This document shows, one piece after another, positions 47,034 through 55,961 of a stretch of 64,000 nucleotides of DNA. Position 1 is the first letter of the stretch. Each line of letters starts with the position of its first letter. Below the pieces are notes generated by a model. The model saw only the letters and a program-made list of their open reading frames with translations, searched no databases and was not told the origin of the DNA. A program made the position numbers and the translations under genes. This stretch comes from Ignavibacteria bacterium. Lineage in GTDB: Bacteria > Bacteroidota > Ignavibacteria > Kapaibacteriales > UBA2268. The stretch is from contig JAAYTD010000004.1 in NCBI GenBank assembly GCA_012518115.1, positions 2,881 to 66,880 of the forward strand, written 5' to 3'.

Positions 47034-50000
47034 TTATTTTACAAAAATAAACTTACCTGATTTTGGTTCAACCCAAAACTCATCTTTTATGTTTAGGATA
47101 TAAAAATAAGTGCCGGGCGGGATTTGGTTTCCTTCATCATCAATTAAGTCCCAAGTTATATAGTTAGTTCGCAACTTCAATGTAGTTTGAATAGTTTTTA
47201 CTTTTTTCCCAAGTATATTATAAATATCAATTTCAGCATTTGTTTTGTTATCGCTTGATACAAAATATAAAGAGAAATTTAAGTTATCACTTACCACAGG
47301 ATTAGGATTAGTTTTCATTTCTTCTATATATCCATTTAAGGCAATTAATAGAAAATACTTTGTTGTGTCGCGATTTCCGCTACCATCAACGCAAGTAAAA
47401 ATAAATAAATTTTCTTTGTCTTCTAATCTAGTAGGTTTAATTTTCAATCTAGCTTTAATGTCGCTACCTTTTTCAAAAACTTCACTTTCATAGAATTGAG
47501 TATTAAATTTATCTTGATGTATTCCGTTTATTTTTAATGCCAAAGGTTCATTAATAGTTATAGGTAGTTTTGAATTGTCAAATAGCTTTACTTCCACTAT
47601 TGGTTCGTTTGTAATATAATCTTTATTTAGAATAATATCATCATCAACTGTAATTTCCATTTTAGGCGGAATAGTGTCTTCATATACATGAAACGGGCAT
47701 TCCACAGAGTTGTTAAAACTATAGAGCTCGTTATTATCTTTTGCGTCTATTATAGCTTTTATTATATTATCAAGATATAAAAATTCAGTGTCAAATTCTT
47801 TATCAATAGCTATTTTGTTGTCAGGAGCTATCTTAGGTAGCGTTACTTCTAATCTGTTTTCTTTTTTATCATTAATTAATAACTCTATTTTTGCTTCTTT
47901 AGAAGAAGTTCTTAATGATATATTTTCTACTTCCATTATAATTTTAGTTGAATCAGCTCTTAAAATAGATCCGGGTTTAACGCTAGTATTTTTTGTAATT
48001 ACTAATTCAGGTGCCGGTTCATAGTCAGCTGCAATAGAATTTATAAAGTGTTTTTTTGTATAATCGTTGCGTTCTGTTTCAAAAATTACATTTATAAAAG
48101 GATAAGTTTTAGCATCAATATTTGATATATCAATACTTTCTATTTTATTAGTTTCGGTCAATAACTTTGCTTGTTTTTCATTCGTTATTCCTACAACTTT
48201 AATTGAACTTTTAATATTTTCGCTATCAAAATTTCCGTTGATATTGATTTTATTCCATTTTGTAGCGGGACCGATATTTTTTGTTTTACTTTTTCCTTTT
48301 GTCGCATAGAATGTAGCTTTTCCAGTTATTGCTGCCGTATCTGAAACTATGTGATTTTCAGGTACAGTTCCTATTTCTGCATTTTTCCAACCTAGCATAG
48401 TGAAAGAAGACATTTCTTCTATTTTATCAATATGTTGAGATCCTAAGTTTTTCAATAGATTTTTTAATGTATCTAATTCTTTAACAGAAAAGGCATTAAA
48501 AGAACGATCTGAAGTTGCTATAAATACATAGTCATCAACAGTAATGCTATCACGCAACAAAGCAAATAGTTTTGGAATAACTTCTTTCTTGTTAAATGTA
48601 TCAAATCTATAATATCTACCTATAGGCTTCGTTGTATTTTTCGGAGCGATAACTATATTAAAACCACGATTTTCAGCACTACCATTAACATAAATGCTAT
48701 CAGCTATTGATATATGACAGAAACGGGATTTATATGCTGCTATAAATGCTTTCATTTTATAGTCAAGCTCTGAATTTAACAGAGTGATATGCGTTTGTTT
48801 ACTATCATCATCTTTTTCTATCATCATATTGTCTAATTCTAAACTAGCTATTTCATTTTCAGAATTTAGTGCGAAAACAGCATTAGCATCGTAAAGGGAA
48901 GAATATGTGTTAAATGGAACGTATAAAATATTGCTTTTAGTTCCTGAATTTTCGTCAGTTAATTGAGAAGATAAGACATAACTTTTACCTGTTTCTAAAG
49001 TAAAATCAGGTGTCCAATCAATATAATTTTCATATTCTTTAATTTCTGATTCTATAGATTTTTTTAATGTAGTCGTATCGTTTCCATTTATAGTTAAAAT
49101 TGCGAAATCGTAGCTATATTTATTTTTAGCTTCATATAATTGATTGACTTGTCTGAACTTCAAACTACTTGTTTGCATGTTCCAGTAATCTAATGGTTCT
49201 ACAGCTAATAATCCTGCTTTATAGACATAGAATTTAGTTGAAGCAATGTTGTTATCTTTCCGATTTTCATAGATTTTATTATCACTATCTAATTCTATAG
49301 TAATAAAATGCTCACCTGCTTTTCCGTCTATAGATAATGTAAAGCAAATATCTTCTTTTCTACATAAACCGTTCAAATCTATTGAAAGTACATTTATTTC
49401 ATCGTTATATTGATGTGTTAATTTCACAGAAAAACCAGTGCTTGTTGCGATGCCTGCATTATGTAAGATAGCAGTTACATTCACCGTTGAATCATTTTCT
49501 TTTATAAAATCGTCGCTATTATTAGAAGATTTTACTATGACTTCATTTTCATTAATAAATAGATCAGGGATTGTATCTATTCTAAATTGTATTAAAGGGT
49601 CGCCTAATAATGTAACAAAACGTCTCATTGCTTTTGAGAAACGGTCTGTAAAAGATACTGTTTTTTGTTTAGATAAAGTTAATATATCTCCAACTTTTCT
49701 ATTAAAGTTTTCATTATCTGACAATATATTTAGGAAGTTATTAAATATTGCGAACATAGAGTTTGTTTCGCCTACAGTTGTTGAGCCAATTACAGTAACA
49801 AAACCTTTATCTTTTGCAAGTAAGTATTCTTCGTTGCGGCATTGCACGGGTACAGGTTCTGCAAAAGCACCTGCATTACATGACAGAGTGGCTAGTATTC
49901 CGTATTTATCTTTATTACTTAGATTTTGGACTTGCCAGCCATCCAAATCAAAAACTGCAGGTGAAGCATGACCGTTATAAATTGTAAATACGTTTCCTCT

Positions 50001-52235
50001 ATTTATGTTAGCTATAAGTTCATTTTTTTGTGCTTCTCCTGAAGGTACATTGTCTTTTTTATTAACTCTAACAGTATCGGCACAAAGAGGATAGTTAATG
50101 ATAGAATGTGCTAATCGATAAGAATCGTTTAAAATCAATTTTTGTTCGTCATTAGTTATTCCGCCATTTAAAAATAAAAAACGTTTGTGCCATTCTTCTG
50201 GCTTCCCACTTTCATAAGATTTTACTTTTTCCAAATAATCAACTAATTGCAGCTCCGAAGAAACAGGAATTCTCGCAATAATAAGTTCAGGAGCTTGTGT
50301 GTCGTCGTTAGAAAACAAACCATACCAATAATCTGAAACAGGCACGCCATAAGAAGGAATATAATCCGTTGCAAGAGAAGTAGGGTTGTTAAAATTCGGG
50401 TCGCGACTTGCATCGCCTATTAGTAAAGCGTATTTTAACCTACTGTCAGATGAATTATTATAAGCATATTGTAAAAATTGTTTTATAGCTATTGGTGCTT
50501 TAAAACCATATTCAAACTCTTTATATATATCTTCAACATTTATCAAATCAATTTTATAGCCTTGAGAACGTCTATAATCAGCGTAAGAAGTTGCCGCATT
50601 GAAAAAAAATGGATGGGTGATAATTACCATATCAGCGTTATATTTCCTTCTCAGCTCGGAAGCTTGAGTATTAAATACTTTTGCTGTCTCTATTGCTAAA
50701 CTATCCGAAAGAATTAAAGAATAGTTGCCGGGCGATAAACTAAAATCAAGAGAATAAGCACGATTTTCACTGTCAGGAAAATGGATGTCGGCAGAAATAA
50801 AAGGTGCGTTGTTGGCAGAGCTATTGCCTGTAGCTGCAGTAAATTCTTGTATAGAGCCACTAACGCCAGTTTTGAAAGAAGCTATGTAAAGCTCATTAGC
50901 TCCTAAATTCCTAATCTTGTTTCCACCATTTAAAAGTATCCAATTACGTAGATATTGCGGAATTTCGTTTGTGCCATTATAAGCAACAACGATTATAGAT
51001 TCGTTTTCTATACTTGGGATTAGATTTTCTATTTCATTTCCCATATTTTTAGAAGACTGAAAAGCAGAGTGTTTGCGGGATTTAGGCAAAATTCCGATAT
51101 GAAAACCGTTATGTTCGTAAGTATAAATTTCATCGTTAATCATCATCGAGAGCATAGGTAAATCACCACCACGAATATTAGCTATAACGCGTGTTTTGCC
51201 TTCCGCTTCTTTAAATAAAATACTATTAGAAAGTGTATCAATAATAACAATTTTATTGCTACTGAAACCCGGTACAGAAATACGCGAAGGAACTTGTAAG
51301 TTGCTTATATCAAAAGAAGTTGTAGAAGAAAAAGCATTCGGAGCGCCCGAAAAAGAGAAAGTAAAATAATCTATTCCTATTTCAGTGTTTGCTGTGTCAG
51401 CAGTTGCATTCAAAACTGAAAGTTCGTTCGTGCCGTGAAATAAGTTTGTGTTTTTAAGGGAAATAGTAATTGAATCAACTGTAACCAGTGAATCAAAATT
51501 AACAACAGAAAGAGTGTCATAATTAACAATAGCTTTTATACTGCGATTATACTTTTCATATGGCGGTCCGTACTCTAAAGGTGTAGAGAAATTTATATTA
51601 AGCTTAGCGTCGGAAGATTTTTGACTATTGAAAAATAAAAATTGAGAAGTAAACAGCGAAGTTTTTAGATTGTTTTTAGCTTTGCCACCCGGAAAATCAG
51701 TTAATATTTTCCAATACCATTTTTCAAATCTATCTGTTTCAACGTTCAAAACGTCGTAACCTAAATGATATTCAATATCTTTTTCATAATGATAATTATA
51801 TTTTACTTCATTTAATTTTGCGTTTGCATCAAGTGGAGTATCAATAAGGTTTAAACGGAGCGATGTTTGTTTGATGTCATAATAAAGAAAGAAAACTGCT
51901 TCGTTTGTGTAATGATTGAAATATGTTGTGTCGCCTTGAGCGTGCAAACCTCGAAACCATATTATTCCGTTTTCGTCAATTTGTTCATTTCCAGTGTAAT
52001 AGAATGGATATTGCTTACCTTTGTATAGTAACTGTAAGCCTGCTTGCGACTTAGCTTTTAATTCAGGTGCTATTTCAAGTAAGCTACGCATATCAAGACG
52101 AGAAATGCCACTTTTCGTTGTAACAATTTTATAATAATTTATATCTTTATTATACCAATTAGAAAACGCAGTTCCTTTAGCTATAATAAAGATGAAAAGG
52201 AAAGATAACAATCTTCGCACAAAAGTTGTTTTCAT
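47034..52235 (-). CDS. giant C25 (gingipain-family) peptidase-like T9SS cargo protein
   Basis: 1733 aa with a signal peptide. C25 core DMVIITHPFFFNAATSYADYRRSQGYKIDLINVEDIYKEFEYG, His motif IYNGHASP, Cys motif LATLSCNAGAF. C-terminal NPNPVVSDNLNFSLYF...IDIYNILGKKV...PGTYFYIL is a T9SS sorting domain. Confidence 0.8.
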   Translation of the reverse strand: MKTTFVRRLLSFLFIFIIAKGTAFSNWYNKDINYYKIVTTKSGISRLDMRSLLEIAPELKAKSQAGLQLLYKGKQYPFYYTGNEQIDENGIIWFRGLHAQGDTTYFNHYTNEAVFFLYYDIKQTSLRLNLIDTPLDANAKLNEVKYNYHYEKDIEYHLGYDVLNVETDRFEKWYWKILTDFPGGKAKNNLKTSLFTSQFLFFNSQKSSDAKLNINFSTPLEYGPPYEKYNRSIKAIVNYDTLSVVNFDSLVTVDSITISLKNTNLFHGTNELSVLNATADTANTEIGIDYFTFSFSGAPNAFSSTTSFDISNLQVPSRISVPGFSSNKIVIIDTLSNSILFKEAEGKTRVIANIRGGDLPMLSMMINDEIYTYEHNGFHIGILPKSRKHSAFQSSKNMGNEIENLIPSIENESIIVVAYNGTNEIPQYLRNWILLNGGNKIRNLGANELYIASFKTGVSGSIQEFTAATGNSSANNAPFISADIHFPDSENRAYSLDFSLSPGNYSLILSDSLAIETAKVFNTQASELRRKYNADMVIITHPFFFNAATSYADYRRSQGYKIDLINVEDIYKEFEYGFKAPIAIKQFLQYAYNNSSDSRLKYALLIGDASRDPNFNNPTSLATDYIPSYGVPVSDYWYGLFSNDDTQAPELIIARIPVSSELQLVDYLEKVKSYESGKPEEWHKRFLFLNGGITNDEQKLILNDSYRLAHSIINYPLCADTVRVNKKDNVPSGEAQKNELIANINRGNVFTIYNGHASPAVFDLDGWQVQNLSNKDKYGILATLSCNAGAFAEPVPVQCRNEEYLLAKDKGFVTVIGSTTVGETNSMFAIFNNFLNILSDNENFNRKVGDILTLSKQKTVSFTDRFSKAMRRFVTLLGDPLIQFRIDTIPDLFINENEVIVKSSNNSDDFIKENDSTVNVTAILHNAGIATSTGFSVKLTHQYNDEINVLSIDLNGLCRKEDICFTLSIDGKAGEHFITIELDSDNKIYENRKDNNIASTKFYVYKAGLLAVEPLDYWNMQTSSLKFRQVNQLYEAKNKYSYDFAILTINGNDTTTLKKSIESEIKEYENYIDWTPDFTLETGKSYVLSSQLTDENSGTKSNILYVPFNTYSSLYDANAVFALNSENEIASLELDNMMIEKDDDSKQTHITLLNSELDYKMKAFIAAYKSRFCHISIADSIYVNGSAENRGFNIVIAPKNTTKPIGRYYRFDTFNKKEVIPKLFALLRDSITVDDYVFIATSDRSFNAFSVKELDTLKNLLKNLGSQHIDKIEEMSSFTMLGWKNAEIGTVPENHIVSDTAAITGKATFYATKGKSKTKNIGPATKWNKININGNFDSENIKSSIKVVGITNEKQAKLLTETNKIESIDISNIDAKTYPFINVIFETERNDYTKKHFINSIAADYEPAPELVITKNTSVKPGSILRADSTKIIMEVENISLRTSSKEAKIELLINDKKENRLEVTLPKIAPDNKIAIDKEFDTEFLYLDNIIKAIIDAKDNNELYSFNNSVECPFHVYEDTIPPKMEITVDDDIILNKDYITNEPIVEVKLFDNSKLPITINEPLALKINGIHQDKFNTQFYESEVFEKGSDIKARLKIKPTRLEDKENLFIFTCVDGSGNRDTTKYFLLIALNGYIEEMKTNPNPVVSDNLNFSLYFVSSDNKTNAEIDIYNILGKKVKTIQTTLKLRTNYITWDLIDDEGNQIPPGTYFYILNIKDEFWVEPKSGKFIFVK

Positions 52236-52294
52236 AATGTTGCTCCTAGCTAAGCGAGTTTTATAAGTATAAGATTTTTAATGATAGTATAAAT

Positions 52295-53293
52295 TTACCA
52301 AATTTTACCTTCCTTCAAATAATTTTGTATATAATCTTTTACAGCTTCTTCTAAACTTGTAAACTTCCAATCACTTCCTAATTTTGACATCAGTTTTTCA
52401 GTATCTGCCTCAGTAAAATATTGGTATTGTTTTTTTAGTTCTTCGGGCATTTCAACATATTCTATGTTAGGGATACGTTCCATAGCAGCAAAAGCAGCAT
52501 TAGCTAAGTCGTTCCAAGATCTAGCTAGTCCTGTGCCGACATTATAAATTCCTGTGAAAGTTTTATCATTTAATATTCGCATCATAATTTCAACGGAATC
52601 TTTTACATAGATGAAATCTCGCATTTGTTCGCCGTGTGCATATTCTTTATTGTAAGATTTGAAAAGTTTTATTTTTCCCGTTTCTTCTATTTGCTTAAAT
52701 GCTTTACTTACCATACTTTGCATATCGCCTTTATGTAATTCATTGGGACCGAAGACGTTAAAGAATTTTAGACCTGTAACTTTACTTTCTAAATTGTTTT
52801 CTACTATCCACATATCAAACAGATGTTTAGATAATCCATAGCAATTAAGTGGAATTAAGTTTGAAATAGACTTATCTGAATAATTTTGTTTGCCGTCGCC
52901 ATAAGTAGCTGCACTTGAAGCATATATAAATCTAATATTTTTTTTAATAGCAAAGTTAGCTAGCTCTTTGGAATAAAGGAAATTATTGTCCATCAAGTAA
53001 TCGGCATCTTTTTCTGTTGTTGTTGAACAAGCGCCAAGATGAACTATAGCATCAATTTTTTTATTGTCAAATTCATTTGAAGAATAGTTTAAAACAGTGT
53101 TTTCTGTATCTAATATAAACTTTCTAAATTTGTCTTTATGTAAAAAACCTGTAAATTTTTTATTAGCAAGGTTTTTCCATTTGTCTGTTGTAGCTAGTTG
53201 ATCGACAACTAAAACGTCGTTTATATTATTTTCATTTAGTTTTGCTAAGAAGCACGATCCTATAAATCCTGCTCCACCTGTTAAAATTATCAT
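52295..53293 (-). CDS. hldD: ADP-L-glycero-D-manno-heptose 6-epimerase
   Basis: 332 aa, collinear by eye with E. coli HldD: IILTGGAGFIGS, HLGACSTTTE, MDNNFLYSKEL, IYASSAATYG, YGLSKHLFD, FFNVFGPNELHKG, NVGTGLARSW. Confidence 0.9.
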   Translation of the reverse strand: MIILTGGAGFIGSCFLAKLNENNINDVLVVDQLATTDKWKNLANKKFTGFLHKDKFRKFILDTENTVLNYSSNEFDNKKIDAIVHLGACSTTTEKDADYLMDNNFLYSKELANFAIKKNIRFIYASSAATYGDGKQNYSDKSISNLIPLNCYGLSKHLFDMWIVENNLESKVTGLKFFNVFGPNELHKGDMQSMVSKAFKQIEETGKIKLFKSYNKEYAHGEQMRDFIYVKDSVEIMMRILNDKTFTGIYNVGTGLARSWNDLANAAFAAMERIPNIEYVEMPEELKKQYQYFTEADTEKLMSKLGSDWKFTSLEEAVKDYIQNYLKEGKIW

Positions 53294-53353
53294 TTTGTTT
53301 TGTGTTTTTAGCGAGTAAAAAAATATTTTATACCATCTTGAATAAATTCTAAT

Positions 53354-53452
53354 AAATTCTCCTCTTGAGAGGAGTACCCGCGATAGCGGGGGAGGTGTGG
53401 TTTTGACTACCCCGTCAGGCTTCGCCTGCCACCCCTTCTGGGAAGGGGAATT
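53354..53452. repeat. GC-rich modular repeat, locus 7
   Basis: aaattctcctcttgagaggagtacccgcgatagcgggggaggtgtggttttgactaccccgtcaggcttcgcctgccaccccttctgggaaggggaatt. It combines the gactaccccgtca...ggggaatt core with the cccgc-gata-gcggg module. It is preceded by a tandem aataaattct x2 (53341-53360). Confidence 0.9.
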
Positions 53453-53461
53453 TTAAAAAAA

Positions 53462-55513
53462 TCAATTTGGTTTTATATGTTCAAGTTTTATTTTTAATAG
53501 ATCTATTTCATTTCTCAATTCTATAGCTGTAGCGAAATCTAATTCTTTTGCAGCTAGTTTCATTTCTTTTTCTAATTTTCCAATATATTCTTCTAATTGA
53601 TCATCAGGCACGAAATTAGCGGCTTTCGTTCTTTTTCTGCTTTCTTTTATTTTTATTTTTTCCGCTCTTTTTTTGTTCTGTGCCTCACTTATATCTGCAA
53701 TAGAAGTGGAAGACATAATTTCATCAACGGATTTATAAACAGTTTTCGGTGATATTCCATTTTTCAAATTATATTCTTCTTGTAATTTCCGCCGTCTATT
53801 TGTTTCGTCTATAACACGTTGCATAGAATCGGTAATTTTATCAGCGTAAAATATAACAAGTCCGTCGGCATTTCTTGCTGTTCTGCCCGATGTTTGCATC
53901 AGCGCTTTTTCACTTCTTAAAAATCCTTCTTTGTCGGCATCAATAACTGCAACTAAAGAAACTTCGGGCAAATCTAAACCTTCACGCAATAAGTTAACTC
54001 CTACAATTACATCAATTTCGCCAAGTCTTAAACTTCTTAAAACTTCAACTCGCTCTAAAGTGTCAACGTCAGAATGGATATAACTAGCGCTTATATTTGC
54101 ATTTAGTAAAAAATTTGTTAAATCTTCCGCACTTTTTTTTGTAAGAGTTGTTACTAACACTCTTTCGTTTCTTTCTTTTCGCTGGCGAATTTCATAAAGT
54201 AAATCGTCTATTTGCGTTTTTATTGGTCTTACGCTAATTTTAGGGTCAAGCAATCCCGTAGGACGAATAATTTGTTCTACAACAACGCCTTCACATTGCT
54301 TTAATTCGTATTCTCCCGGTGTTGCACTGACGAATATAACTTGATTTATCAGCTTTTCAACTTCGTCAAACTTTAGAGGACGATTTTCTAAAGCTGAAGG
54401 CAATCTGAAACCATGTTCCACTAAAGTTGTTTTGCGTTTATGGTCGCCATTATACATTGCACGCAGTTGCGGAATGGAGACATGGCTTTCATCAATGATT
54501 AACAAGTAATCATCAAGCGGAAAAAAATCAAAAATACAATTAGGACGATCACCAAAATTTCTGCCTGAAATGTGCATAGAATAATTTTCTATACCTGAAC
54601 AATAGCCGACTTCTTTCATCATTTCCAAATCAAAAAAAGTCCTTTGTTCAAGTCTTTGAGCTTCTATATATTTTTCTTGTGAATGTAGAAACTGAACTCT
54701 TTCTATAAGCTCTTCGCGGATTTTCCTCATTGCACGATTTAATTGTTCCTCACTTGTTACAAATATCTTTGATGGATAAATTGTATAAACATCTACAACT
54801 TCGCAAACAGAGTAATCTTCTATATTGAAAATAGAGATTTTTTCAATTTCATTGTCAAAAAATTCAACTTTAATTCCAAATTTATTTTCATAACCGGGAA
54901 TTATATCGATAATATCGCCACGAACTCGGAACTGTCCGCGTGTCATGTCAATATCATTGCGAACATAATGTAAATCAGCAAGTTTATATAAAAATGCTTG
55001 ACGTTCCAAGCGCATTCCGCGTCTTATTGTAAAAAGTTGCTCTAAAAAATCTTCTTTTTTTCCGATACTATAAATGCAGCTCACGGAAGCAACAATAATA
55101 ACATCTTTTCGTCCTTCTACAAGCGCGCTAGTTGCTTTCAAACGCAACCTGTCAATTTCATCATTTATCGCAAAATCTTTTTCTATATATGTATCCGTTG
55201 CTGGTAAATAAGCCTCAGGCTGATAATAATCGTAGTATGAAATAAAATATTCTACTGCATTTTCAGGAAAAAAAGATTTGAACTCGCTATAAAGCTGTGC
55301 CGCTAGTGTTTTATTAGGTGAAATTACTAAAACAGGTTTTTGGAATTTTGCAATTACGTTTGAGATTGTAAAGGTTTTCCCTGAACCCGTTACCCCAAGT
55401 AAAGTCTGAAACTTATCGCCACGACGTATTCCAGCAGCTAGTTCTTCTATTGCTTTCGGCTGATCGCCTGACGGTTTATAGTTAGAATGAAGTTTATATT
55501 GCATTTTTACCAA
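53462..55513 (-). CDS. uvrB: excinuclease ABC subunit B
   Basis: 683 aa. GVTGSGKTFT, IIDESHV, helicase motifs, and a C-terminal UVR domain ELDFATAIELRNEI. Confidence 0.97.
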   Translation of the reverse strand: MVKMQYKLHSNYKPSGDQPKAIEELAAGIRRGDKFQTLLGVTGSGKTFTISNVIAKFQKPVLVISPNKTLAAQLYSEFKSFFPENAVEYFISYYDYYQPEAYLPATDTYIEKDFAINDEIDRLRLKATSALVEGRKDVIIVASVSCIYSIGKKEDFLEQLFTIRRGMRLERQAFLYKLADLHYVRNDIDMTRGQFRVRGDIIDIIPGYENKFGIKVEFFDNEIEKISIFNIEDYSVCEVVDVYTIYPSKIFVTSEEQLNRAMRKIREELIERVQFLHSQEKYIEAQRLEQRTFFDLEMMKEVGYCSGIENYSMHISGRNFGDRPNCIFDFFPLDDYLLIIDESHVSIPQLRAMYNGDHKRKTTLVEHGFRLPSALENRPLKFDEVEKLINQVIFVSATPGEYELKQCEGVVVEQIIRPTGLLDPKISVRPIKTQIDDLLYEIRQRKERNERVLVTTLTKKSAEDLTNFLLNANISASYIHSDVDTLERVEVLRSLRLGEIDVIVGVNLLREGLDLPEVSLVAVIDADKEGFLRSEKALMQTSGRTARNADGLVIFYADKITDSMQRVIDETNRRRKLQEEYNLKNGISPKTVYKSVDEIMSSTSIADISEAQNKKRAEKIKIKESRKRTKAANFVPDDQLEEYIGKLEKEMKLAAKELDFATAIELRNEIDLLKIKLEHIKPN

Positions 55514-55950
55514 TTTAACTCATTTTCTAAAGTTAGTTCATTATTCTCAATGTACTTTTTACAATATCTTACAAGTTCATAATAAATTTTTTCTAAAATT
55601 TCTTGCGAATAAAAACTTGAAGATAGAGATAAAATATGTGTTTCGTCTATAAAAATAAGCAAGTTATTAGAATTATTTTTAGTATCCTTAAAAGTTTTTA
55701 AAAGATTAATTTCATCATATCTTGCCGAAAATTTTGAATATTTGAAATCCGTTTCTGAAAATATAAATTGTCGTCCTTTTTTTCCTAAATAAACGAAAAA
55801 GAAGCCGATAAGTAGCGGAAGTAGCTGTAATATATCAAAATTACCTGTGTCAAAGTACAATTTAAGTACTAGTAAACTCCACGCACCTAATAGCAAATAG
55901 CCTACATTAACAAATGATTTTATTCCTGTTGTTATAACTTTTTCTGCCAT
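55507..55950 (-). CDS. hypothetical two-TM membrane protein
   Basis: 147 aa with two N-terminal TM helices and a soluble C-terminal ~80 aa. Overlaps the uvrB ORF start by 7 nt. Confidence 0.5.
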   Translation of the reverse strand: MAEKVITTGIKSFVNVGYLLLGAWSLLVLKLYFDTGNFDILQLLPLLIGFFFVYLGKKGRQFIFSETDFKYSKFSARYDEINLLKTFKDTKNNSNNLLIFIDETHILSLSSSFYSQEILEKIYYELVRYCKKYIENNELTLENELNW

Positions 55951-55961
55951 ATTGCTAAAAA

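Noticed and set aside
49438-49971. 177-aa plus-strand ORF
   Set aside because: It is antisense within the 1733-aa C25-like gene and falls across that gene's catalytic-core region. It has no independent support.
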